Below are positions 47,772-57,033 of a DNA stretch of 64,000 nt, one piece after another (within the stretch, counting starts at the first letter, position 1; every line of letters begins with the position of its first letter). Made by a program: the position numbers and the translations under genes. The notes below the pieces were generated by a model. The model was given only the letters and a program-made list of their open reading frames with translations. It was not told where the DNA came from and did no database searches. This DNA comes from Sphaerisporangium sp. B11E5 (lineage in GTDB: Bacteria > Actinomycetota > Actinomycetes > Streptosporangiales > Streptosporangiaceae), in contig NZ_JBDPMD010000008.1 of the NCBI RefSeq assembly GCF_039871875.1, positions 108,422 to 172,421 on the forward strand, given 5' to 3'.

Positions 47772-48256
47772 TCAGGCGACCCTCGCCCCACGGAGTGCCC
47801 GCCGCGTCGCGGTTTCGTGAGTGTCCGCTGTATTCGCTGGGATGTGGGTGAGGTCGCGTGTCACCAGCACATGGTGAACCAGAAGACCTTGCCGTCGTGC
47901 CGGAGGGCGGCTGAGGTGGGAGGACGAAGGGTGGGCCATGGCCGGCGACCTCCCCGGACAGGCATCGGCCCGCAAGGCCCAGGCGGAGGGTGATGGGTGG
48001 GTGCCGTATTGGATCGCGTTCGTGCACAGCTCGCTGACGACCACCAGGACGTCGCTGATCATGTCAGAGGGGACCACGCCGGGGAGACCCATGCGGTCAG
48101 CGTGTCCTGGACCATGTCACGTGCTCTCCCGGCTGCCTCGGCGTCGACCGGGAGATCCCAGAGGATCTCACGAGGGGTGCGGGAGAAGGCCAGGTCGCGC
48201 GGGAGCGTGCCCGGGCCGTTACCGTCGGGTGGAACGGCCGGGCGGTGGAGATCCAT
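47772..48256 (-). pseudogene. Frameshifted/truncated HATPase_c anti-sigma-factor-like ATP-binding protein gene
   Basis: N-terminal part …REILWDLPVDAEAAGRARDMVQDTLTAW in one frame. The SELCTNAIQYG ATP-lid motif is in another frame (47772-48092) and then degenerates. Adjacent to the IS. Confidence 0.4.
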
Positions 48257-48299
48257 CGTCACGACATCGAGTACACGCTTTCGTCCCTCGGCAAGGGAG

Positions 48300-48788
48300 A
48301 TGACATCCGATGACGTTGTGGCGGCGGCTGTGCCTGACACGATAACGATCAGTGGCACCAGGTCGACCAGTCACCGGCCGCTCGGCGAGTACCGGCGGAT
48401 GTTCGCTGAGTACCTCGCTCCCTTCGCCGGGCCGGGCAGGCGGTTCTACATCGGTGGAGCCAGTGGAGTGGACTCGTTGACACTGCTGTGGCTGGCGTCC
48501 GAGACACGGGCCGAACTCGTCGTGGTCGTCCCCGGCGCAATGGACGGTCAGCCTGCCGACGCTCGTGACGCGGTGGCCGTGGCCCGCGGCCGCCTCCGCG
48601 AGCTCGTCGAGCTCGCCCACCCTGCGCATCCCTCGGCGGAGGCTTACCACCACCGCAACCGATGGATGGTCGATCGCAGTGAGTTCGTCATCGGTTTTCC
48701 GCGTGCCGATGTTGCCGGAGGAGGCACCTGGTACACCCTCGACTACGCCGCCGAGCACGGCAAACCTCGCCTTGTCCTGCCCGTATAG
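48300..48788 (+). CDS. Stand-alone DprA/Smf-like Rossmann (SLOG-superfamily) protein, 162 aa
   Basis: …GGASGVDSLTLLWLA…VVVVPG…HHRNRWMVDRSEFVIGF…GGGTWYTLDYAAEHGKPRL resembles the DprA Rossmann core. RBS AAGGGAGA abuts the ATG. Confidence 0.5.
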   Translation: MTSDDVVAAAVPDTITISGTRSTSHRPLGEYRRMFAEYLAPFAGPGRRFYIGGASGVDSLTLLWLASETRAELVVVVPGAMDGQPADARDAVAVARGRLRELVELAHPAHPSAEAYHHRNRWMVDRSEFVIGFPRADVAGGGTWYTLDYAAEHGKPRLVLPV

Positions 48789-48804
48789 GCCGTCGCGTGC
48801 TGTA

Positions 48805-49374
48805 ATGACCATGACGCAGAGGGATCGTTGTGCCACCCCGCGTGCCCTGCGGGCGCTGCGGGAGCGGCGCGGCTGGTCCTGGGCGGATCAGGCGCGGGCA
48901 CTCAAGGACGCCGCCCGTGTCCTGGCCGTCCCGGGAGTGGCCGGCATGAGCGTGGCCAGTTTGGTGCGCACGATCGCGCGCTGGGAGAGCGAGGGCGCCG
49001 CCGTGATCCCAGGAGAGCGGTACCGGCTTCTGCTCGCCTACGCCTATGCGCGCGTGGCGATGACGGAGCGGTCGCTGCGGGCTCGGATGTCGAGCGGTTG
49101 TTGTCGTTGATGGCCGAGTGGGGCACGTCAGCCGGACGGATCGCCGAGTTGCGGGCCCAGGTGGTCCAGGTGGCCACACGAGGCCACAGCATTCTGGCCT
49201 TCCTCGCCCCAGGGGACGACGGCGCGATCGGCGCCGCCCTGGCGGCTCCCGAGACGCTCGACGCCGAGGTCGTGGACGCGCTCGGCAAGATCGTCGATGC
49301 CGTGGACGCTCAAGTGGGCAGCGTGCCTTTCGCGCGGCTTCAGGTGGCGCTGGCCCCGGCCGTCGAGGCGTGAT
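48805..49374 (+). pseudogene. XRE-family HTH regulator (Streptomyces DUF5753-type) with internal frameshift near 49050-49090
   Basis: N-terminus LRALRERRGWSWADQARALK…SLVRTIARWESEG…YRLLLAYAYA is in frame 1. It continues …SDVERLLSLMAEWGTSAGRIAELRAQV… in a different frame. Confidence 0.5.
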
Positions 49375-49594
49375 GAGGCCGTTCGTATCGCCCGGCGCGG
49401 TGACAGCCGGGTCATGCGAGCGTGCGCACATGCGTTGCGGGCGGAGATGGCGGCCCGGGCGGGACGGGAGTTGCAGGCCTTCGCGGCGCTGCATCAGGCC
49501 TGGCGTGACGTGGACGGCTCAGACCCAGGTGCCCCAGCCGACCTCATCGCGACAGCCGGGCGCGCCTGGGGATACCGCGTCGACCGCTGACGGG

Positions 49595-50941
49595 TCAGAG
49601 GCCTACTTCGCGGGAAAGGAGGTCGGTGGGGGCCTCGCGGCGGACTACCAGGCGGGCGGTGCCTTCGGAGATGGCGATTACCGGAGGGCGGGTGGTGAGG
49701 TTGTAGGTGGAGGCCATCGAGTGGTTGTAGGCGCCGGTGGCGGCTACGGCTATCAGGTCGCCGGGGTGGATGTCGGCGGGCATGGGGACGTTCTCGGCGA
49801 TGACGTCGCCTGATTCGCAGTGGCGGCCTACCACGGTGACACGGCGTTTGATGGGTGTGGTGCGGCGGCCGATCAGGGACATCGTGTAGGGGGCGCCGTA
49901 CAGGGAGGGGCGGGGGTTGTCGCTCATGCCGCCGTCCACGGCGACGAACGTCGTGGAGCCTTGGCGTTTGACGACGATCACGCGGTACAGGGTGATGCCG
50001 GCGGGGCCGGAGACGGCGCGGCCTGGTTCGATGGTCAGGCGGGGCGCCGGGAGGCCCAGGGCGGTGCAGTGGTCGTGGATGGTCGAGGTGACGGCGGCGG
50101 CGTAGTGGCGGGGGTCCAGGGGGTGGTCGCCGGGGAGATAGGCGATGCCGTGGCCGCCGCCGAGGTCGAGTTCGGGGAGGACGACGCCGTGGGTGTCGCG
50201 GATGTGGGCCAGTTGGCGGACCATGACGCGGGCCGCTTCCTGGAAGGGCTCCACGGTGGTGATCTGGGAGCCGATGTGGCAGTGCAGGCCCGCCAGTTCC
50301 AGGCCGGGCTGGCCGAGTACCTGGTGGACGGCGGTGGCGGCGTCGCCGGAGACCAGGGACAGGCCGAACTTCTGGCCTTCGCCGCCGGTGCGGATCGCGG
50401 CGTGGGCGCCTGCCAGGACGTCGGGGACGATGCGCAGCAGTACCTTCTGCCGTTTGCCCAGAGGCACAAGGACGGCGAGGCGGGCGATCTCGGGGAGGTT
50501 GTCCAGCACGACGCGGCCGACGCCGTACTCGACCGCCTCGTGCAGTTCGTGCGGGGTCTTGGCGTTGCCGTGGAAGATGATCCGCTCGCCGGGGAAGCCG
50601 ACCGAGCGGGCGAGGGCGAGTTCGCCGCCGGAGCACACGTCCAGGCTGAGGCCCTCGGTGCGGATCCAGTCGGCCATCGCGCGGCACAGGAACGCCTTGG
50701 CCGCGTACGCGATGGTCGCGTCCGGCAGCGCCGCCTTGTACGCGCGGGCGCGCCGACGGACGTCGGTCTCGTCCATGACGTAGGACGGGGTGCCGAACCG
50801 CCCGGCGATGGCGCACAGCGACACGCCGCCGAGGGTGGCGTCGCCGTCGGGGGTGCGCAGGAACGTGGACGGCCAGGGGCCCGCGTCGAGCCGTCCCGGC
50901 TGGTCCCGCTCGGTGCGGGACTCCCGGCCGACGAGGCGCAT
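49595..50941 (-). CDS. lysA: Diaminopimelate decarboxylase
   Basis: PLP fold-III decarboxylase: FGTPSYVMDE…AYAAKAF…HCHIGSQ…GGGHGIAY…CESGD. RBS GGGGAGGG precedes the start. Confidence 0.85.
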   Translation of the reverse strand: MRLVGRESRTERDQPGRLDAGPWPSTFLRTPDGDATLGGVSLCAIAGRFGTPSYVMDETDVRRRARAYKAALPDATIAYAAKAFLCRAMADWIRTEGLSLDVCSGGELALARSVGFPGERIIFHGNAKTPHELHEAVEYGVGRVVLDNLPEIARLAVLVPLGKRQKVLLRIVPDVLAGAHAAIRTGGEGQKFGLSLVSGDAATAVHQVLGQPGLELAGLHCHIGSQITTVEPFQEAARVMVRQLAHIRDTHGVVLPELDLGGGHGIAYLPGDHPLDPRHYAAAVTSTIHDHCTALGLPAPRLTIEPGRAVSGPAGITLYRVIVVKRQGSTTFVAVDGGMSDNPRPSLYGAPYTMSLIGRRTTPIKRRVTVVGRHCESGDVIAENVPMPADIHPGDLIAVAATGAYNHSMASTYNLTTRPPVIAISEGTARLVVRREAPTDLLSREVGL

Positions 50942-51201
50942 CACGCGACCCTCCCCGTGGGACGGCGCGTGGTGCCGGCGGGGTCGATGACGATGCCGGT
51001 CACATCGAGGCCGGCGATCATCTGCCGGACGGCGGGCTCGCTGAGCCGGACCCAGCGCTGGCCGGGGCCGAGCACCTTGGCCAGCTTGACCGGTGAGGAG
51101 AACGCCACCGCCGTCCGCTTGCCGGACGCCGTGCGGAACAGGCACAAAGTATCGCTGCAACCCGTCCCGCGGATCGGGACGAACAGGGGAACGCTCGACA
51201 T
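50941..51201 (-). CDS. Small conserved actinobacterial protein (SseB-like/SAV_915-like), 86 aa, translationally coupled to lysA
   Basis: MSSVPLFVPIRGTGCSDTLCLFRTASGKRTAVAFSSPVKLAKVLGPGQRWVRL… Strong RBS AAGGAGAG. TGATG overlap with the lysA start. Confidence 0.5.
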   Translation of the reverse strand: MSSVPLFVPIRGTGCSDTLCLFRTASGKRTAVAFSSPVKLAKVLGPGQRWVRLSEPAVRQMIAGLDVTGIVIDPAGTTRRPTGRVA

Positions 51202-51753
51202 CTTTCTCTCCTTGGAGAAGTCGGACGTTCGTGACGCTAGGCCAGGTGAAGCGGGGTGACGCCTGATCGCTACGACATTCCGACGGCAGGGGCGCCAATG
51301 CCTACGCGACGTTGACGCCCTTCGCCGTGATCTGCTTCGTCCATCCCGCCGATCACCGCCGACGGGTCGAAACCGCCGCCTGGACGATGCCGGCCCTCGG
51401 ACGGCCGCCGTGCCGCGGGCCCATCGGTGGCTGTTCGACTCTGGTGAAAGATTCAACGATCAAGGAATAGTATGAACCGGTCAAGTTTGTGGAATTGACC
51501 TATTGTCGAAGTGGATTCGACGAGATCTCGCGGCAGTCAGGTGCGGTGTAAAGCGTGACGGTCAGGGCTGGTGGAGCGGGGTTTCACTCGTTCCATCGAA
51601 CACGTCTGCGGGGGAGGGCATGACCATGGGGAACGCCATTTGTTGATCTTTTTGACGGCCTACCATTGATCGGCTTCATGACCTCTGAAACTTTCAGGTT
51701 TTCTCAGTCATGTTCTGCAACTAGATGGCGTCAGGTAATATCCCCTTAACACA

Positions 51754-51771
51754 GATGGGAGCGCTCCCATC
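51754..51771. promoter_or_regulatory. Perfect 18-bp palindrome GATGGGAGCGCTCCCATC 46 nt upstream of the LPMO start
   Basis: Exact self-complementarity is visible in the sequence. Lies in a 615-bp AT-richer divergent intergenic region. Confidence 0.35.
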
Positions 51772-51816
51772 CCTCCTGCCCCCCGGAATCCCCCCGACGG
51801 AAGACGAGGACCGCAC

Positions 51817-52491
51817 ATGGATCGTCGCGATCAAGCGCACCCCCGCCGCAGGGCACTGCGCCCCCTCGCCGCCCTGCTGACCACGATGGTGCTCTTCATG
51901 GTCCCGTGGGTGGACAGCGCGTCCGCGCACGGCTCGGTCATCAACCCGGCGTCCCGCGTCTACGGGTGCCACCAGCGCTGGGGCAACGACCACCTCAACC
52001 CCGCCATGCAGCAGCAGGACCCGATGTGCTGGCAGGCATGGCGCACCGAACCCAACGCCATGTGGAACTGGAACGGGCTCTACCGCAACGGCGTCGGCGG
52101 CAACCACCAGGGCGCGGTGCGCGACGGCCAGCTCTGCAGCGGCGGCCTCGCCGAGGGCGGTCGTTACCGCGCCATGGACACCGTGGGTGACTGGAAGTAC
52201 ACCACCATCCGCAACCAGTTCACCATCCAGCTCTACGACCAGGCCAGCCACGGTGCGGACTACTTCCGCGTCTACATCACCCGTCCGGGCTTCAACCCCG
52301 TGACGACCCCGCTGACCTGGGGCAGCCTGGAGCTCGTGACCACCACCGGCCGCTACCCCCAGACCCAGAACTACTCGATCAACGTCAACACCTCCGGCCG
52401 CTCCGGCCGTGCGGTCGTGTTCACGATCTGGCAGGCCTCGCACATGGACCAGGCGTACTACATCTGCAGCGATGTGAACTTCACCTCCTGA
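51817..52491 (+). CDS. Lytic polysaccharide monooxygenase, auxiliary activity family 10 (chitin-binding CBP21-like)
   Basis: Signal peptide ending ASA then HGSVINPASRVYGC. The N-terminal His of the histidine brace and conserved WNW and Y/F regions are present. Single-domain, 224 aa. Confidence 0.8.
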   Translation: MDRRDQAHPRRRALRPLAALLTTMVLFMVPWVDSASAHGSVINPASRVYGCHQRWGNDHLNPAMQQQDPMCWQAWRTEPNAMWNWNGLYRNGVGGNHQGAVRDGQLCSGGLAEGGRYRAMDTVGDWKYTTIRNQFTIQLYDQASHGADYFRVYITRPGFNPVTTPLTWGSLELVTTTGRYPQTQNYSINVNTSGRSGRAVVFTIWQASHMDQAYYICSDVNFTS

Positions 52492-52648
52492 TCCCGCCAG
52501 TAGTGACAGGCCCCGCCCGGACCCCGGCGGGGCCTGTCCCCTTTTCGGGGGACATGACGGATGTCATGCCGTTCCGGCGCGAGATCCACATCGCCCCGGT
52601 GATAACGGCGACTGCCGCCGGCGGGGCCCCGGCGGCGACGATCGGCGC

Positions 52649-53599
52649 ATGCGAACACCACATGACCGGCCCGCCGTCGAAGTGGACGGCCTGCGCCAGG
52701 CGTACGGGGACTTCGAGGCGGTGCGCGGCATCTCGTTCACGGTGCGTCCGGGTGAGCTGTTCGCCCTGCTCGGCACGAACGGGGCGGGCAAGACCACGAC
52801 CATGGACGTGCTCGAGGGCCTGCGCCCGGCCCGGCAGGGTGACGTCCGGGTACTCGGCCTCGACCCGCACCGGCAGCGGCGGCGGCTGCGGCCCCGTGTC
52901 GGGGTCATGCTGCAGGAGGGCGGGTTCGTCGGCGACCTGACGGTGGCGGAGACCGTGCGGGTCTGGGGTGGTCTGTCGGCCGACGTCGGGCGGCCGCCCG
53001 ACGGGGACGTCCTGGAGACGGTCGGCCTGGCGGGCAAGGCGCGGACCCGGGTGCGGCAGTTGTCCGGCGGGCAGAAGCGCCGCCTCGACCTGGCGCTCGC
53101 CGTGTTGTCCCGCCCCGAGTTGCTGTTCCTCGACGAGCCCACCACCGGCATGGACCCCGAGGCGCGCCGCGACACCTGGGACGTCATCAAGGGCCTGCGC
53201 GCCGCGGGCACCACGGTGCTGCTGACCACGCACTACCTGGAGGAGGCGGAACGCCTCGCCGACCACCTGGCGATCATGCACGAGGGCACCGTCCACGTCC
53301 GCGGCACCGTCGACGAGGTGGTGGCCGAGGCCGGCGACCGCATCGTCTTCCGGCTGCCGCGCCTGCCCCGCGGCGGGCCGCCGTCCCTGCTGGACACCAC
53401 CGCCGAGATCGCCCGCTCCGGCGACGGCGCCGCCGTCACCTACACCCTCACCGGCACCTCGCCCGCCGGCCGCGCCCACGCCGCCCTGCGTCCCCTCCTC
53501 GCCTGGGCCGACGAGCACCGCCTGACCCTGCACGGCCTCGAAATACGCAAGGGAACTCTGGAGGACGTGTTCCTGCGCGTGGTGGGGGACGCCCGATGA
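52649..53599 (+). CDS. ABC transporter ATP-binding protein
   Basis: Walker A GTNGAGKTT, signature LSGGQKRR, Walker B LLFLDEPT. Confidence 0.75.
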   Translation: MRTPHDRPAVEVDGLRQAYGDFEAVRGISFTVRPGELFALLGTNGAGKTTTMDVLEGLRPARQGDVRVLGLDPHRQRRRLRPRVGVMLQEGGFVGDLTVAETVRVWGGLSADVGRPPDGDVLETVGLAGKARTRVRQLSGGQKRRLDLALAVLSRPELLFLDEPTTGMDPEARRDTWDVIKGLRAAGTTVLLTTHYLEEAERLADHLAIMHEGTVHVRGTVDEVVAEAGDRIVFRLPRLPRGGPPSLLDTTAEIARSGDGAAVTYTLTGTSPAGRAHAALRPLLAWADEHRLTLHGLEIRKGTLEDVFLRVVGDAR

Positions 53600-54513
53600 G
53601 CACATCCACCGGCGAAGGCGAGCGGGGCCCGATGACCACGTCCACGATCGGCCACGACGGCGAGGGAAGCCCGATGACCACGTCCACCGTCGGCACGCGG
53701 GCCCATGGATCGGCGATGCTCACCGATGTGAGGCACTCCGTGCGGCTCGCGCGGCTGGAACTGACGGTACTCGGCCGCAACCAGACGGCCCTGTTCACCG
53801 TGCTCTTCCTGCCGCTGCTGTTCGGCTGGATGTTCAGCGCGCTCGCGGGGGAGGCCGTGATCGCCGGCCTGCCCGCCGAGGTGTTCGTGCTCACCGGCCT
53901 GCCGGGGCTGCTGCCGTTGTTCGCCGTCTTCGTCAACCTCGTCAACACCTTCACCGCGCGGCGCGAGGAGCTGGTGCTGCGGCGGCTCAGGGGCGGGCAG
54001 GTCTCCGCGGTGGGCATCCTCGGCGGCGCGGCCCTCGGCGGCCTGGCCGTGCAGCTCGTCCAGACGGGGCTGGTCCTGGCGTGGCTCCGGGCCGTGGACG
54101 GCCCGGTTCCCGCGAACATCCCGCTGCTGCTGGTCGCCGCGGTGCTCGGCGCCGCCGTCTTCACGCTGCTCGCCGCCGCGTGCTCCGGTCTCACCCGCAC
54201 CACCGAGCACGCCCAGGTCACCGTGCTGCCCGTGCTCTTCGTCGTCATGATCGGCGCGCCGCTGTTCACGCCGCTGTCCGCGCAGCCCCCGCAACTGGCG
54301 GTGCCCGCCGAGTTCGTCCCCGCCACCCCGATCGTCGAGATCACCCGCACCGCCATTCTCGGCGCGGACTTCATCGGCGGCGCGGGAGGGAAGCTGACCG
54401 TCGCCGGGCAGTGGCTGGCCGCGCTGCCGTCCCTCGGTGTGCTGGCCGCGTGGCTGCTGATCGCCGCGATCGCGGCGAAAGTCCTGTTCCGCTGGGACCC
54501 CAAGCGCGGCTAG
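53596..54513 (+). CDS. ABC-2 type transporter permease with repetitive N-terminal extension
   Basis: ATGA coupling. MTTSTxG repeat at the N-terminus, then 6 TM helices. Confidence 0.7.
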   Translation: MSTSTGEGERGPMTTSTIGHDGEGSPMTTSTVGTRAHGSAMLTDVRHSVRLARLELTVLGRNQTALFTVLFLPLLFGWMFSALAGEAVIAGLPAEVFVLTGLPGLLPLFAVFVNLVNTFTARREELVLRRLRGGQVSAVGILGGAALGGLAVQLVQTGLVLAWLRAVDGPVPANIPLLLVAAVLGAAVFTLLAAACSGLTRTTEHAQVTVLPVLFVVMIGAPLFTPLSAQPPQLAVPAEFVPATPIVEITRTAILGADFIGGAGGKLTVAGQWLAALPSLGVLAAWLLIAAIAAKVLFRWDPKRG

Positions 54514-54602
54514 CCCTGTTTTCCGCACGAGCCCGAATGTCCCTGGTCAGGTGTTCTGTGTTATTCGGTACGGTGAGTGATCCGTCCAGGTCGTCGAGGG
54601 CG

Positions 54603-55811
54603 ATGTGCGGAAAATGGGGCTGGCGTGGCGGCAGCATGAACATGGACCAGCGGTTGCGGGCGATCGGGCTGTGGCCGTCCGGCCGGCACAAGCGTTCCCG
54701 CTCGGAGCGGGTGCGCCGGGTCACTCTCTGGACGCTGACCGGCACCGTGATGGCCGCCTGGGGCGGCCCGCTGGCGGGCCTCGGGGACATCGGCCGGCAG
54801 AACGGCGGGACCCTGACCCCCGTCATGATCGCCGGGGTGGCGGGCCTGGCGTTGTTCAGCGTCCTGTACGTCCGGGCCATGCTCGCCGCCGTGGCCGGGC
54901 GCCGCGCGCGGTGGGACATCGTGCTCGCCGGGGTGGTCACCGTCGTGTTGATCCTCACCCAGGACGGCGAGGAATGGACCTGGGGGCTGCTCGGGCCGGC
55001 GTGGGCGGCCGTGGCGGTGCTCGGCGTCAGCACGTCGGCCGCCGTCCTCATCTGCGTGGTCTCGACCGTGGCGTCCGCGGTGCTCGTCTCCCGCGGCTTC
55101 CCCGAGCCCGGCCTGCTGGTCACCCTGGGTTTCCTCGCCACGGCGATCTCCTGGGCCAACCGGTTCCAGCTGTGGCTCTGGGAGGTCGTCCGGGCCGCAG
55201 AGGAGGGCGAGGAGGCCCGCGCCCGGCTCGCCGTCACCGAGGAACGGCTCCGCTTCGCCCGTGACCTGCACGACCTCGTGGGGCACAGCTTGTCCGCGAT
55301 CGCCGTCAAGAGTGAGGTCGCAACCAGGCTGGCCGCCACCGACGGCGGGCGGGCCGCCGCCGAGATGGCCGAGGTGCGCGTCCTCGCCCGGCAGTCGCTG
55401 CACGAGCTGCGCGGCGCGGTGCGCGGGTATCGTACGGTCGACCTCGCCGCGGAGCTGCGCAGCGTGCGGGCCGTCCTCGAGGCGGGCGGCATCCGGTGCG
55501 CCCTCGACCCGGTGCCGGACGGCCTGCCGCAGGACGTCGCCACCGTGCTGGCCTGGGTGGTGCGGGAGGGCACGACCAACGTGCTGCGGCACAGCAAGGC
55601 CGGCGAGTGCCGCATCGGGCTCGCCGTACGGGACGGGAAGGCGGTGCTGGAGATGGCCAACGACGGAGCGGACGGCCCGTCCGCCGGGAGCGGCAGCGGC
55701 CTCGCCGGCCTGACCGAGCGTGTCGCGTCACTCGGCGGCGTGCTCACCGCCCGTGGCGACGGCGGCCGTTTCCTGCTGTCGGCGGTCGTCCCCCTCCGAG
55801 GGGCGCCGTGA
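54603..55811 (+). CDS. NarL-type sensor histidine kinase
   Basis: H-box RFARDLHDLVGHSLSAI; HATPase_c REGTTNVLRHS…GSGLAGLTERV. Start uncertain. Confidence 0.7.
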   Translation: MCGKWGWRGGSMNMDQRLRAIGLWPSGRHKRSRSERVRRVTLWTLTGTVMAAWGGPLAGLGDIGRQNGGTLTPVMIAGVAGLALFSVLYVRAMLAAVAGRRARWDIVLAGVVTVVLILTQDGEEWTWGLLGPAWAAVAVLGVSTSAAVLICVVSTVASAVLVSRGFPEPGLLVTLGFLATAISWANRFQLWLWEVVRAAEEGEEARARLAVTEERLRFARDLHDLVGHSLSAIAVKSEVATRLAATDGGRAAAEMAEVRVLARQSLHELRGAVRGYRTVDLAAELRSVRAVLEAGGIRCALDPVPDGLPQDVATVLAWVVREGTTNVLRHSKAGECRIGLAVRDGKAVLEMANDGADGPSAGSGSGLAGLTERVASLGGVLTARGDGGRFLLSAVVPLRGAP

Positions 55812-56401
55812 TCCGGGTCCTGCTGGCCGACGACGAGCACCTCGTGCGCGCCGCCATCGCCACGCTCCTCGCCCTGGAACCCGACCTGGAGGTGGTGGCC
55901 CAGGTGGCCCGCGGCGACGAGGTGGCCGGCGCCGTCGCCGAGCACGACCCCGACGTGGTGGTGCTCGACATCGAGATGCCCGGCATGGACGGCCTCACCG
56001 TCGCCGACGCACTGCCGGGCCGCGCCGTCGTCATCCTCACCAGCTTCGGCCGCCCCGGCTACCTGCGCAGAGCCCTCGCCGCCGGCGTACGCGGCTTCCT
56101 CCCCAAGGACGCCCCCGCCGACGAACTCGCCACCGCCATCCGCAAGGTCCACACCGGCGGCCGCTACCTCGACCCCGAACTGACCGCCACAGCCATGATG
56201 GCCGGCGACAACCCCCTGACCGACCGGGAACGCGCCGCCCTCCGCTCCGCCGCCACCGGCGCCTCCGTCACCGAGATCGCCCAATCCCTGCACCTCACCG
56301 AAGGCACCGTCCGCAACTATCTCTCCAGCGCCATCACCAAACTCGGCGCCGCCAACCGCATCACGGCCATCCGCACCGCCCAGGAGAAGGGCTGGCTGTG
56401 A
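55808..56401 (+). CDS. NarL/LuxR family response regulator
   Basis: GTGA overlap with the kinase stop. Receiver domain plus LuxR HTH. Confidence 0.8.
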   Translation: MIRVLLADDEHLVRAAIATLLALEPDLEVVAQVARGDEVAGAVAEHDPDVVVLDIEMPGMDGLTVADALPGRAVVILTSFGRPGYLRRALAAGVRGFLPKDAPADELATAIRKVHTGGRYLDPELTATAMMAGDNPLTDRERAALRSAATGASVTEIAQSLHLTEGTVRNYLSSAITKLGAANRITAIRTAQEKGWL

Positions 56402-56409
56402 GCCGGCGT

Positions 56410-57033
56410 TCACCGCAGATCCCTGTTGGCGACGGCCAGCCAGATGACGGGCAGCGGCGACACGGCGAGCCAGACCCGATGGACCTCCTCCCAGCCCGGC
56501 TCTCCCGGCATGATCCATGGGGAGGCGTCTCCGCGCAGGAACAGCGTGGCCGCGAGGACACCGGACAGGACCACCGCCCCCACCAGCGCCGCCGGCCGGT
56601 CGGGATACCGGCGCAGGGTGGACGCCGTGCAGGCGAGCGCGAGGGCCAGGCACACCCCCGCCTCGGCGGCGAGCCCCGCCAAGGGCAGCGGCACGCCGGG
56701 GAGCCGCGACCGCACCACCGTGAAGACGCAGGCCCAGATCAGGGTCCCGGCGGCGACGCCGAGAAGCGCGCGCACCCCCTGGCGTAACCAGCGGGGCACC
56801 GGCACCGGCCCCGTACCGGCTGCCAGGGGATCCACCAGCACGAATCCCGCGGCGGCGCCGATCAGTATCGCGGAGAGCCTGAGCAGGACGACCGCGTAGT
56901 ACAGGGCCGGCCCGGGGTCCGCGCCGGCGCCGGCGAACAAGGCGAGGGGAACGGTGAGCAGCGCCGAGACCGCCAGCGGGGTCCAATCGATCGTTCGTGC
57001 CAGCGGCCGGAGCATCAGTCTGGCGACACGCAT
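56410..57033 (-). CDS. Hypothetical membrane protein (last gene of the ECF-sigma/ABC operon)
   Basis: RBS GAGGAGGCG is 8 nt upstream. TGATG coupling to the upstream permease. About 6 TM helices. Confidence 0.5.
   Translation of the reverse strand: MRVARLMLRPLARTIDWTPLAVSALLTVPLALFAGAGADPGPALYYAVVLLRLSAILIGAAAGFVLVDPLAAGTGPVPVPRWLRQGVRALLGVAAGTLIWACVFTVVRSRLPGVPLPLAGLAAEAGVCLALALACTASTLRRYPDRPAALVGAVVLSGVLAATLFLRGDASPWIMPGEPGWEEVHRVWLAVSPLPVIWLAVANRDLR

Noticed and set aside
49297-49590. 97-aa ORF after the XRE pseudogene (possible DUF397 partner)
   Set aside because: Its translation lacks the DUF397 hallmark (…SSYS…NCVEVA…) and has weak coding bias. It is probably non-coding remnant DNA.
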